Origin: Escherichia coli
GTDB taxonomy: Bacteria; Pseudomonadota; Gammaproteobacteria; Enterobacterales; Enterobacteriaceae
Assembly: GCF_009931435.1 (NCBI RefSeq)
Contig: NZ_CP043414.1
Length of the DNA stretch: 64,000 bases
Direction: 5' to 3' (one strand)
Shown here: one piece after another, positions 54,541 to 64,000 of the stretch
Layout of the letters: each line of letters starts with the position of its first letter
Position numbering within the stretch: the first letter of the stretch is position 1
Notes under the pieces: model-generated
Databases searched by the model: none
What the model saw: the letters and a program-made list of their open reading frames with translations, nothing else
What the model was told of the DNA's origin: nothing
Translations under genes and position numbers: made by a program

Positions 54541-57500
54541 TTAATGGAAAATGACGTCGGGTGCGCTTAACGCCTCACTCAAATCAAACACATCAAGTGC
54601 GGCAAAAGTGACAGATTTATTGTCACGGTACACTCGAAGAGAACGGAAGCTCATTAGCGCTTTGCTATCAGCACTGTAGTGGTTAAAACCGGGTGAAAAC
54701 TTAAGGACCAGCCGATACTCGCCCAGGTCATAGACACATGCGTCCTCAAAACCTGACTCCCAGCCTTTGTATCGCATTCCCATAAGTTGCCCAACGGTTG
54801 CGGATTTACCTTCCCAGCGAGTCAGGCTGTTACTGGCTGACTCGTCAGGTGTGAGCAGCACTGTGCGCCGCATCAACTGGCGAAAAGGCGGCATAATTTC
54901 GTAATCGGCAAAAACCTGTGCAAATTCACTGCGCATTTCTGCTGTCATTTCTAACGGGTGGGCAATGCCAATCAGATCATCCGCAGGCAGGTCAATTGGC
55001 TCATCTTGTGCGTTGCAGAATTCCCCCTCTGCGGCCACACGAAAGGCGTTGAGTAAACGACGCGGTTCATTTGCCGGATAAACCGCCCATATTAATCGCT
55101 GAGTAACCAGGCGGGTAAAGGGATGATTAACAAACAGAGAATGAAAATCTGCCAGCGACCAGCGTCGGGTGGTGCGCAGGGCAGTTTCAAGACGTGGGAG
55201 CAGGTTTTTGCTCACCTGAGTGGCATCTTTTTTTAGCCCTTTTAGTCGGGCCAGTGCCTCGGGTGCTTTCAGTTGATCGTCATCGGCGCGCAACCGGGGA
55301 ACGCTTTTCTGGCGAACGTTTTGCTGATCAAAGATAACCGGGTTGAGGTTTTCATCGAAGCGAACGGTAAACTGCCGGGGTCCAAAATCAAATATCAACG
55401 CCTGCGGATCATCCAGGCCCAGTGTTGGGACTAATCTGTCCGCTAACTCTTCCTGGCTTAGTCCACGATTTTCTGCGACCACCTGAAGAAATTCCGCCGC
55501 GTTATCACGTAAGGGACGGGATTTCGCCCGTTGCGATATATGATGCAGCTGTATCAGCGCCATATCATTATTCATCAGGGTAAGTATGTTCAGGCCACTG
55601 ACGGCACGGGCAGATTTGCCTTCCTGTGGCCAGGCGAGGATCTGTGTTGTCAGATCCCGAGCCGTGCTTTCGTCACCAAAGAGACTTAACGCCAAAAAAG
55701 CCCAGTTGTCTTTTGCGGGGGCGCCAGCCTGTTGCCAGGCGGTGAAGAGATCCCTGGCAAAAGCGGCCAGCGTTTGTGGCTGGCAGAACGTTTTCAGTTG
55801 TTCCAGCCCACAATAAAAACGTCCGCCCTGGGTAAAGCGCAGCATTTCGCCGATAATTTCCAGAGCATCATCAGTAACAGGTTGATTATTCGTGATAATT
55901 CTCGGTCTGGACCACATTGTCGGATGCCAGAAATCAGGGGCTTTGGGAATGCGTGCCGGGTAAATGTCCATTGGACCCTGTTTAAGTAATTGCTCTAGGG
56001 AAGGCCATACATCTGTACGCTGCCAACGATTGGCTACAGTTTGTAGCAATTCGCCATGTCCTTGTTCGTAAAGTAAACGCAGGGCAAGTAATGCAGCTTC
56101 GCTATTATCGCTGGATTTGGTGTAGACAAGAGGGATAAGTGCCGTAGCCGTATGCTCCGGCCATTGTAAAATCCACTGGCGAGCCAGATTACGCTGGCCC
56201 GCAAAACGATGCCAGACGCGGGCAACGGGCAGAGCCAGTTCTGTTGCGCCAAAATGAATCAGCAGCGGAAATATCTCTTTGGGATGTCGGGCAAAGGCGG
56301 TGATTAATCCGGGCAAAGCATCGGTACCCAGGACACTTAACAGATATTCTACCCCGGTGTAATGAAAATCAGCCGCGACAATTTGTTGCCAGCACGATAC
56401 CGCCATTTCGCGCGGCATCTGCGCGATAAGGTACAGATTCCAAATCCCCCAACGCTTTTCATTACCATAGTAAAATCCGTGCTGAAAAGTTCGCCACCCT
56501 CCCATCAACGCAATGCTATCTTGTGCCAGTAATGATTTGGTGGCTTCTTCCCGGTACTGTTTAGATTTGGCCTGATGCGCGTGATAAGTATGCAAAAGTC
56601 CTATTGATGTGTATTCTTGCAGTTGCTGAGTATCAAAGGCATCCAGCTGTCCATTAAGAAGACGCTTATTAAATTCCAGGCTATGAACGTCAAAACCTAA
56701 TTCCCGCAAGAAGGTATCCGCCCCTCTGTTAGCAAGACGTTCGTCAAAAGACATGGCGCTAAAATGGTCAATTGCAGTTTGCTGTTCCGGCGTCCAGTGT
56801 TTATTCGGCGACTTGTACGCTTGCGGTACAAGCGTAAGTTCAGGTAGCGAAAAGTGAGTTATGGAAGTCTTTTTCCTGCCACGCCATGGTGGTGAAACGA
56901 GGATTTCAGGCAGACTGCTGTTATTGGTGCTATCAATAACCGGTTTTGGCGAAGCCGATAAATAACTATTCACCACTGCCCGGGCTTGAGTACTTAACGA
57001 CGGGATCACCTCTTCTGCCAGTTGTGGCTGCGATGCCATCAGCGTTTGTAACAGCGTATGCCAGTATTCATCACGTGCTTTTTGCTGTGCAGGCAGCTTT
57101 TTGTCTTCGATGATAGGATAACCAGGGCGCGCAGGGGGGGCTTTTAACGCCAGCAGTTCTGCCAGTGCGGCGAGCGTCGCATGGGGGAAGTTTTTACTGT
57201 ATTTAGCCACACGTTGCAGGCTGGGTTTGTTTTTATCAGCCACCAGTAGCAAGGTGCGGATGACTTGCGGATGGTTAATTTGTACCAGCAGACTGCCGCA
57301 ATCTTCTTTATGTGCATACATCGCGAGGCGCGGAACGGCTGCCAGTCCTTGTTCGCGCAAAAGGGCAGCGCAGGCCGCGTAGCCGAAGTGGTTTTCATGC
57401 GACATGTAGCTGGCTTCGCGATCGCTAAATATATCCTGACTCCAGTAGTGATCGAGTTTTCTGACCGCGCTGGGGTCATTAGCAACAACTTTTAACCACT

Positions 57501-58191
57501 CCTTAGAATGATAATGAGTCCGTGGGCATTCAAGGCCTATCAACTCATTGGCGATTTCTGGTTTCTCCGGGAGGATGAGTGCAATAAAAGGACGGCGAAC
57601 TTTGGGTATTCCTGGCAGTGCGGCAATGAGTTTGTCGGCGCAACGCTGCCAGCAGCTTTCCTCTGCCAGAGAGAGATGCTTACGCAGTCGGAGATCGAAT
57701 TCGTTATAGGTTTCTGAGCGATAACCATAGCCATAGCCATAGTCCTCCTTCTGATACTGCAATGTTACTACCAGAGGATCACTCTCATAACACCGTACAA
57801 TAAACTGGCGTGCAATCACCACCTCAGTCGCATATTCCAGCCCCTCTTGTTGGACGATTTCGTCGAGTAACTGTTGGCTATCATTTTGCGCGATACAGGC
57901 TAGCGCCGCCATTGTCCGGGCCGGAATTGAGGGTTTGTGCTCGCCGATCAAGTTGATGGCTTGCGTAATGGCCGACTGCCACTCCAGTGAAAAATTTTCA
58001 TAACGCCAGACAATGTTTTTTTTCTTCTCAGCAATGTGTAGCAATTTATCACCCAGTGTCTGGATGAGGCTTTCAGTGATAACAGGCACCGGTTCGCCCG
58101 GCCAATTGCGATGGCTGAGTGGTGTTTTGCCTTTTTTATATTTCAGTTCCAGTTGGGCGTTATCCGCCAGCCACGGTAATTCCTTGTCCAT
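54541..58191 (-). CDS. yehI: Large DUF4132-family protein YehI (about 1216 aa)
   Basis: Long uninterrupted ORF; C-terminal half is paralogous to the two upstream genes. Confidence 0.85.
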   Translation of the reverse strand: MDKELPWLADNAQLELKYKKGKTPLSHRNWPGEPVPVITESLIQTLGDKLLHIAEKKKNIVWRYENFSLEWQSAITQAINLIGEHKPSIPARTMAALACIAQNDSQQLLDEIVQQEGLEYATEVVIARQFIVRCYESDPLVVTLQYQKEDYGYGYGYRSETYNEFDLRLRKHLSLAEESCWQRCADKLIAALPGIPKVRRPFIALILPEKPEIANELIGLECPRTHYHSKEWLKVVANDPSAVRKLDHYWSQDIFSDREASYMSHENHFGYAACAALLREQGLAAVPRLAMYAHKEDCGSLLVQINHPQVIRTLLLVADKNKPSLQRVAKYSKNFPHATLAALAELLALKAPPARPGYPIIEDKKLPAQQKARDEYWHTLLQTLMASQPQLAEEVIPSLSTQARAVVNSYLSASPKPVIDSTNNSSLPEILVSPPWRGRKKTSITHFSLPELTLVPQAYKSPNKHWTPEQQTAIDHFSAMSFDERLANRGADTFLRELGFDVHSLEFNKRLLNGQLDAFDTQQLQEYTSIGLLHTYHAHQAKSKQYREEATKSLLAQDSIALMGGWRTFQHGFYYGNEKRWGIWNLYLIAQMPREMAVSCWQQIVAADFHYTGVEYLLSVLGTDALPGLITAFARHPKEIFPLLIHFGATELALPVARVWHRFAGQRNLARQWILQWPEHTATALIPLVYTKSSDNSEAALLALRLLYEQGHGELLQTVANRWQRTDVWPSLEQLLKQGPMDIYPARIPKAPDFWHPTMWSRPRIITNNQPVTDDALEIIGEMLRFTQGGRFYCGLEQLKTFCQPQTLAAFARDLFTAWQQAGAPAKDNWAFLALSLFGDESTARDLTTQILAWPQEGKSARAVSGLNILTLMNNDMALIQLHHISQRAKSRPLRDNAAEFLQVVAENRGLSQEELADRLVPTLGLDDPQALIFDFGPRQFTVRFDENLNPVIFDQQNVRQKSVPRLRADDDQLKAPEALARLKGLKKDATQVSKNLLPRLETALRTTRRWSLADFHSLFVNHPFTRLVTQRLIWAVYPANEPRRLLNAFRVAAEGEFCNAQDEPIDLPADDLIGIAHPLEMTAEMRSEFAQVFADYEIMPPFRQLMRRTVLLTPDESASNSLTRWEGKSATVGQLMGMRYKGWESGFEDACVYDLGEYRLVLKFSPGFNHYSADSKALMSFRSLRVYRDNKSVTFAALDVFDLSEALSAPDVIFH

Positions 58192-58200
58192 GCTCATTCC

Positions 58201-61200
58201 TTATTCAAACAGGGCTTCGATGTCGTTAATTAACTCGCTAGCGGTGATGTCATCGAGTGCGGAGAACTGCGCTTCCTGTGTTGAATCAATCCCCCAGCCA
58301 TAGCTTTCTGCTTTGCCTTCCCATAGCCACAGCTTGCTTAAGAGTTGCTCGGCACTGAGTTCGGCTGGCGACATACCAACTGCAAATCCTTCATCGATTT
58401 CCATGATTAATGACCAGCGGCCCAGAGGTTTGATCATCCAGCCGATCCAGCCACCGTCCTGCGGTTCACCACGCATCCAGCCTTTATTCGCCAGCCCCAT
58501 TACCCGACCGCTCGGGCATTTTCTGCCTGCCCAGCGGGTCAATTCGCTGGCATTGCGCTCGGTTTCTGTCAGGGCGTAACTGTTACGGTCGAGCTGGCGG
58601 AACGGCGGTAGCAGTTCGTAGTCGGCAAAAAGCTGACCAAAGGCGGCAGCATCCGTGGGTGATATTTCCAGAACGTGAGGAATGCCAACAGAGATATCGC
58701 CTTCCGGCAGGGTGAAAAGATCATCGTCAGCGGTGCTGTAGCTGTTATCTTCCGCCACACGGAAGCACGCCAGTAACTGGTTGTCTGCGCTATAAATGCC
58801 CCAAATCAGACGGCGGGTTAAGTGGCAGACCAGCGGATGCTCAACCAGAAAGAGCTGAAAGTTTTCTGGCGACCAGCGGCGGCGCAGGCACATGGCGGAT
58901 TCCAGCCTTGCCACCTGCTGGGCGGCAACGGTACGCGCATCTTTTTTCAGCAGTTTGTAGCGGTTAACTGCATCGTTCGCTTGAGTTTCATCATCGCTTT
59001 TGTTCGGTTTAGGCAAGTCTTTCAGGCGGCTGCCGGAAGCATCACGCACAAACGGTTTTAAGGTTTCATCAAAGCTGACGGTGAACTGCCGTGGCCCGAA
59101 ATCCAGCAGCAGCGAACCGTTATCATCCAGACCGAGATCCGGTGCTAACCGGTCTTCAAGCTCCGCCACCGTGAGTTCGCGGCTCTCGGCAATGTCGGCA
59201 ATTTTTTCTTTTGCCCGCTCCTGTAATGCTTTGAATTTCAGTTTCTGGGCGATGCCGTTAAGCTGCATCAGGGCGATATCACTACCGATAGCAGCGAGAA
59301 TATCCAGCCCGACGGTGGCGCGTTTATGCTGGGATTCACCAGGCCAGGCGCGAATCAAAGGCGTCAGTTTGCGGGCGGTATCATCGTTGCCGAGAACACC
59401 TAACGCAGTGAACGCCCAGCTTTCTTTCGACGGTGCGCCAGCGGTCTGCCAGGCGGTAAACAGATCCCAGGCAAATTCAGCCAGTGAGTCGGCGGTACAG
59501 GCATCTTTCACCTGCAATAATCCCGCATACAGAGCCTCTTCCTGAGGGAAGCGGAGCATTTCACCGAGGTGGAGGAGGGCGTTATCTGGCAGTGATTGGG
59601 CGTTTGCTTTTAATACCGGGCGTGTCCAGAGCGATGGCTGATAAAAGGCCGGAAGTGTCGGGATTTTAGTCGGGTGATTATCTAAGGGATCGAGCGCAAG
59701 TAGAGCGTTCACCGCATCGGTTACTTCCGGCTGGTTATAACGCTGGGCGATTTCTTGCAGTAATGACGGATAACCACTTTCAATCAACATACGTAAGGCG
59801 GCGCGGGCGTTATCCTGGGCTTCACCAGCTTTGCCGAGTGCCGCAGGCAACAGGCCGATAATGGCATGTTCCGGATATTTCAGCAGCCAAGTGCGGGCGT
59901 CTTGTCGTAGAGTTTTGAGTTTGTTAAAGGCGCGGGCGACGGCAGGAGCCAGTTCCGTTGCGGCAAAATAATTAGCAACCGCAAAACCTTCTTGAGGGTA
60001 GCGTGAAAACGAGTGTAGAAAACCACTCATACCTGCCAGTCGCAAATAAAGCATGACAGGTTTTACCGCGGTATGCGGCTCTTTGCTGAGAAACTCCCAT
60101 AGTTTAATCGCTTTTTGCATAGGTAAAAAGGGAAGTGAGTTGAGATGCCACTCCCCCTGATACGGTGCATGGTGGGCTTTAAACATTTGGATGAGTGTAG
60201 CGAAGTCCTCACGTTCCCATGCGTCAATTGCCGAGTCAGAAGCGCCGATATATTTATATGTGTCAAAATCCCAGCGGCGATACCCCAGCGAGTAAAGGAA
60301 ATCTTTAGCACCTTCACCTGGCTTATGCGATTCCCAGTCCCAATGAGTTTGAAACTCTTTTGCTTCTGTGTCGGTTATTGTGCATATGGATTTGAGTTTG
60401 AGCGGTGCTAAATCCAACACCGGAATCGTCGATTTTTTCTTTTTCGAAAGCCAGGGAGGTAAGACTAATACGGCTGGCAGTAGAGCGGCGCAGGCATGGT
60501 TTGACGGTTGTATCAGTTGTTGCTGGCATGATTTCAGCACTTCAACTGCGGCTGTCGAGAGCCAGGGAGTGACCTGTTCTGCCAGTGCCGGTTGCGAGAT
60601 AAGCATCGTCATTAGCATAATGCGCCAACTATTCTCTTCTTTTTGCGCAAGAAGTTCCGCCAGTGCTGCCAGTGCTGCGTGTGGGAACGCAGCGCAGGCT
60701 TTCGTCATTCGATCGTGACAGCGTTTAGTAAGCCCGGCTACACGTATAAGCAGTGTTAATGCGAACGGATGATTGATATGACGCAACACATCGGCGCAGT
60801 AGTCACTTGCGGCATAGGGAGCAAATCGGGGCAGGGCTGCAACACCTTGCTCCTGTAATACGGTGGCTGACAATATCGCACCACAATAGTAATCATCAAA
60901 AATGGCATATGGCTCGTGATATTTTTCTAATGAGGCAAGAATGTGCTCATCAGTCGCCACTATTTTTAGCCACTCAAGCGAGGGTAATTTTTTTTTCCCC
61001 AGTAGACGCTGGGCAATTTCATGTGCAATTTCTGGTTTTTCGGGTAATAACAAAGCAATTAATGGTTGCCGCCATTCTGGAATATGTGGAATTGCGGCAA
61101 TAAGTTTTTGTGCACATTTTTGCCAGAGAGACTCTTCCGCCAGTGATAAATGTTTCCGTAGGCGTAATTCAAAACTGGAATATTGCTGCAGGTTATCAGG

Positions 61201-61989
61201 TGCAATACCAGACGGCAGAATAATAATGGTATTATTCGCATAATCCCATTCAATATCAATCTGTTGAAGATGTATTACTACATCAGTAGCATATTCCAGG
61301 CCACCTTCCTGAACGAGCTGATCCATAACATCCTCACGCTCTTTATATCTCGTGCACTTCAGTTCAAGTGCCGTGAGTACAGCCATTACTGGTGATGGTA
61401 ACTGTGTTGTTTTCAGGCAGTCGATCTGACTGAGCGCCTGGGAGATGGCGTTTTGCCATTCTAAAGAACAGGCGCTGAAATCAAATGTGGCTGTTTTATT
61501 ATCCCGTTGCGACACGCTACAGGCTAAGCGACGTAACTGGGTCAAGTTGTCTGCTTGCTGAACAGGAACTCCGGGAAAGCGGCGATGGCTTAACGTGGTG
61601 TGTACAACTTCGGGCGGAAAAACGACAGCAATATCTTTCGCCAGCCACGGTAAAACATCATCTGTATTTTTGTCAGCCACACGGGCTTCTGCTACGCAAA
61701 AGGGTTGTTCCTGAATAATGGTGGATAAGGCCGCTACCTTGAGAGAATCCGTTACCGTTTGGGAAGGTTGCAAAGAATTATCCTTCGCTTGCCCCACATA
61801 CCCCTTCTTCACCTTCTCCGCAATCAGCCTCAGTTCCGCTTTTTCCGCCGCCGCAGCATCAGCAAAGCTTTTTACCTGGCTTTGCCCGTTGGTACTGACT
61901 TTGCCCCAACTAATATGCAGCTCGTTTCCCTGTTGCTCCACTGCCCAGAATTTATGTGATTTTTCGTCCTGATAAATATAGGTTTTCAT
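58201..61989 (-). CDS. molR: MolR-like protein: N-terminal WGR domain plus DUF4132 (1262 aa, intact)
   Basis: N-terminus MKTYIYQDEKSHKFWAVEQQGNELHISWGKV is a WGR domain; paralogous to yehI and to the downstream partial gene. Confidence 0.85.
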   Translation of the reverse strand: MKTYIYQDEKSHKFWAVEQQGNELHISWGKVSTNGQSQVKSFADAAAAEKAELRLIAEKVKKGYVGQAKDNSLQPSQTVTDSLKVAALSTIIQEQPFCVAEARVADKNTDDVLPWLAKDIAVVFPPEVVHTTLSHRRFPGVPVQQADNLTQLRRLACSVSQRDNKTATFDFSACSLEWQNAISQALSQIDCLKTTQLPSPVMAVLTALELKCTRYKEREDVMDQLVQEGGLEYATDVVIHLQQIDIEWDYANNTIIILPSGIAPDNLQQYSSFELRLRKHLSLAEESLWQKCAQKLIAAIPHIPEWRQPLIALLLPEKPEIAHEIAQRLLGKKKLPSLEWLKIVATDEHILASLEKYHEPYAIFDDYYCGAILSATVLQEQGVAALPRFAPYAASDYCADVLRHINHPFALTLLIRVAGLTKRCHDRMTKACAAFPHAALAALAELLAQKEENSWRIMLMTMLISQPALAEQVTPWLSTAAVEVLKSCQQQLIQPSNHACAALLPAVLVLPPWLSKKKKSTIPVLDLAPLKLKSICTITDTEAKEFQTHWDWESHKPGEGAKDFLYSLGYRRWDFDTYKYIGASDSAIDAWEREDFATLIQMFKAHHAPYQGEWHLNSLPFLPMQKAIKLWEFLSKEPHTAVKPVMLYLRLAGMSGFLHSFSRYPQEGFAVANYFAATELAPAVARAFNKLKTLRQDARTWLLKYPEHAIIGLLPAALGKAGEAQDNARAALRMLIESGYPSLLQEIAQRYNQPEVTDAVNALLALDPLDNHPTKIPTLPAFYQPSLWTRPVLKANAQSLPDNALLHLGEMLRFPQEEALYAGLLQVKDACTADSLAEFAWDLFTAWQTAGAPSKESWAFTALGVLGNDDTARKLTPLIRAWPGESQHKRATVGLDILAAIGSDIALMQLNGIAQKLKFKALQERAKEKIADIAESRELTVAELEDRLAPDLGLDDNGSLLLDFGPRQFTVSFDETLKPFVRDASGSRLKDLPKPNKSDDETQANDAVNRYKLLKKDARTVAAQQVARLESAMCLRRRWSPENFQLFLVEHPLVCHLTRRLIWGIYSADNQLLACFRVAEDNSYSTADDDLFTLPEGDISVGIPHVLEISPTDAAAFGQLFADYELLPPFRQLDRNSYALTETERNASELTRWAGRKCPSGRVMGLANKGWMRGEPQDGGWIGWMIKPLGRWSLIMEIDEGFAVGMSPAELSAEQLLSKLWLWEGKAESYGWGIDSTQEAQFSALDDITASELINDIEALFE

Positions 61990-62001
61990 TGCTAATTCCT
62001 T

Positions 62002-64000
62002 TTAATTAAACAGTGATTCAATGTCGTTAATCAGCTCGCTGGCGGTGATGTCGTCGAGTACGGAGAAAGTGGGTGAGGATTGCTTACCATAGCGATCATA
62101 AGGGGCGGTGATTTTTACGCTTTCGACAGGCAGCAGGTCGCTATACCCCGTTTCGCCATAAATTAATGAAAAAGGTTCTGTTTCAAGTTCGAGAGCGCCA
62201 TAAGGGGTAGATTTGCGCATCGCATAGACGCTGCCGCTTTCTTCCAGACGTTGCCAGCCTCGGCGCTCTAGCCCGACAATACGTCCGGCCTGACAGAGCT
62301 GTCCTTGCCAGCGTGTCAGGTCGTGGGTATTCCGTTCATTATCAGCAAGACGATAACTACCACGATCGAGCTGTTGGAAGGGGGGAAGCAGTTCGTAATC
62401 AGCGTAAATTTGCCTGAATGCAGCGGCAGATTCAGGGGGGATTTCCAGCACATGCGGTATACCGATGTTTCCTGCTGGCAGCGTGAATAACTCATCCTGC
62501 ATATCGCTGTAAGTGCTGTCTTCTGCGACCCGGAAGCAGGCAATCAGCGTGTTTTCCTCAGTATATACTCCCCATAACAGCCGTCGGGTTAAGTGACGTA
62601 CCAGCGGATGCTCCACCAGAAACAGGCGGAACTGTTCTGCCGTCCAGCGTCTGCGCTGGCACATAGCCTGCTCCAGACGATCAATCTGCTGACTGGCAAT
62701 GGCGCGCACATCTTTCTTCAATTGTTTGAAGAGGTTAACGGCGTCAGTTGCCAGTGTTTTATCATCGCTCTGATTTGGTTTGGGTAAATCTTTCAGGACT
62801 TTGCCGTTTGCATCGCGCACTACAGGTTTTAAGGTTTCGTCAAAACCAACGGTGAATTGACGTGGGCCGAAATCCAGTATCAGCGAGCCACTGCTATCAA
62901 GCCCTAAATCTGAAGCCAGGCGGTCTTCCAGTTCAGCCATTGTCAGTCCGCGATTTTCGGCGACCATATTGATTTTGTCGCGGGCGTGTTCCTGCAATGC
63001 TTTGAATTTAATCTTTTGTGCAATGCCATTAAGCAGCATCAGCGCAATATCGCTACCGATACTGGCTAACACATCCAGCCCAGAAACCGCACGTTTATGC
63101 TGGGATTCACCCGGCCAGACCCGGATAAGCGGGGTTAGTTTACGCGCGGTGTCGTCATTGCCTAAAATCCCCAGCGAGGTAAATGCCCAGTTTTCTTTTG
63201 CGGGCGCGCCAGATTCCATCCATGCCGTGTAGAGATCCCAGCCAAAGTCAGCCAGTGATTCCCGGGTGAAGATTTCTCTAATGATATCCAGTCCAGCGTA
63301 GGCGGTAATGTCGCGAGGGAAGCTCAACATAGTGCCCAGGTGGCGCATAGCGTCATCGGACAGAGGCAGATTGTTACTTTTAAGCCGTGGTCTGCGCCAT
63401 AAGGTGAACTGATAAAAGCCGGGCAGTGGGGCGATTTTTGCGGGATATTCTTCCAGCGGATCGCTATCGAACAATGTTGCCAGCGCAGCTAAAACATCTG
63501 GTTGATTATATCCTTGGGCAATTTCCTCAATCGTTTCTCGCTGGTTTAAATTCACCAGCAGGCGAAGCGCCTGGCGGGCACAATCACGATCTTTTCCTTG
63601 TTTGCCCAGTGCCACAGGAAGTAGCCCGGCGGTGGCATGGCGTGGGTAATCAGTTAGCCAGTTTCGCGTATCTTCATAAGACATTTTTTTCTGTAATTGT
63701 TGCGCCATCGGTAAGGCCAGGTCACTGACACCGAGGAAAAAGGGGAAGAAGCACAGACGTCGTGGATCACGTTGCAGGCAGGTCATAAATGAAGGTATGG
63801 CGGCGCTACCAAAAATTGCCAGAATATTTCCCTCATCAGAGTAGTTATCTTCTTTGACTATCTGGTTAAGAAAAGAAATGGCCTGTTGACCAGGCAGGTA
63901 ACAGAGGGCAATGAGATTCCAGCTTTTGTATGCATTGTTATGGTATTGCACAAATTCAGCATTGAGTGCTGGAAAATCGAAGCGTAGCAGGGCATCAACG
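62002..64000 (-). CDS. Third DUF4132/MolR-family paralog, 5'-truncated by the window edge
   Basis: Frame stays open to position 64000 (the track start is an internal GTG); C-terminal about 450 aa are about 70% identical by eye to the molR-like gene. Confidence 0.8.
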   Translation of the reverse strand, partial: VDALLRFDFPALNAEFVQYHNNAYKSWNLIALCYLPGQQAISFLNQIVKEDNYSDEGNILAIFGSAAIPSFMTCLQRDPRRLCFFPFFLGVSDLALPMAQQLQKKMSYEDTRNWLTDYPRHATAGLLPVALGKQGKDRDCARQALRLLVNLNQRETIEEIAQGYNQPDVLAALATLFDSDPLEEYPAKIAPLPGFYQFTLWRRPRLKSNNLPLSDDAMRHLGTMLSFPRDITAYAGLDIIREIFTRESLADFGWDLYTAWMESGAPAKENWAFTSLGILGNDDTARKLTPLIRVWPGESQHKRAVSGLDVLASIGSDIALMLLNGIAQKIKFKALQEHARDKINMVAENRGLTMAELEDRLASDLGLDSSGSLILDFGPRQFTVGFDETLKPVVRDANGKVLKDLPKPNQSDDKTLATDAVNLFKQLKKDVRAIASQQIDRLEQAMCQRRRWTAEQFRLFLVEHPLVRHLTRRLLWGVYTEENTLIACFRVAEDSTYSDMQDELFTLPAGNIGIPHVLEIPPESAAAFRQIYADYELLPPFQQLDRGSYRLADNERNTHDLTRWQGQLCQAGRIVGLERRGWQRLEESGSVYAMRKSTPYGALELETEPFSLIYGETGYSDLLPVESVKITAPYDRYGKQSSPTFSVLDDITASELINDIESLFN

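Overview
Enterobacterial chromosome, recognisably the Escherichia coli cirA-folE-galS-mglBAC-preTA-cdd-dld-bglX-osmF/yehZYXW-mlrA-btsSR-yehLMPQ-yehI-molR neighbourhood, in reverse orientation relative to K-12 numbering. All identifications are from reading the translated ORFs and the DNA directly and from recalled protein families; no database search was run. The conserved backbone is interrupted by at least three blocks I do not recall in K-12: (1) an AT-rich four-gene insert between cirA and yeiG (organophosphate:Pi antiporter, SerB-like phosphatase, SdaA-like L-serine dehydratase, XRE regulator), which I interpret as a candidate phosphoserine uptake and catabolism module; (2) a six-gene gentisate / 3-hydroxybenzoate catabolic cluster between yohJ and dusC; (3) a tandemly duplicated type I toxin-antitoxin locus (zorO/orzO-like) upstream of yehL. 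mdtQ (yohG) reads as an intact gene here. The most speculative lead is the yehLMPQ operon (MoxR-type AAA+ ATPase, vWA protein, double-SWIM protein) sitting beside the toxin-antitoxin duplication and three tandem paralogous giant DUF4132/WGR (MolR-like) genes. No rRNA, tRNA, CRISPR array, integrase or transposase was seen. Many REP/BIME palindromic repeats occupy intergenic regions. Start codons were chosen by matching to remembered protein N-termini and ribosome-binding sites, so several differ from the supplied ORF track.
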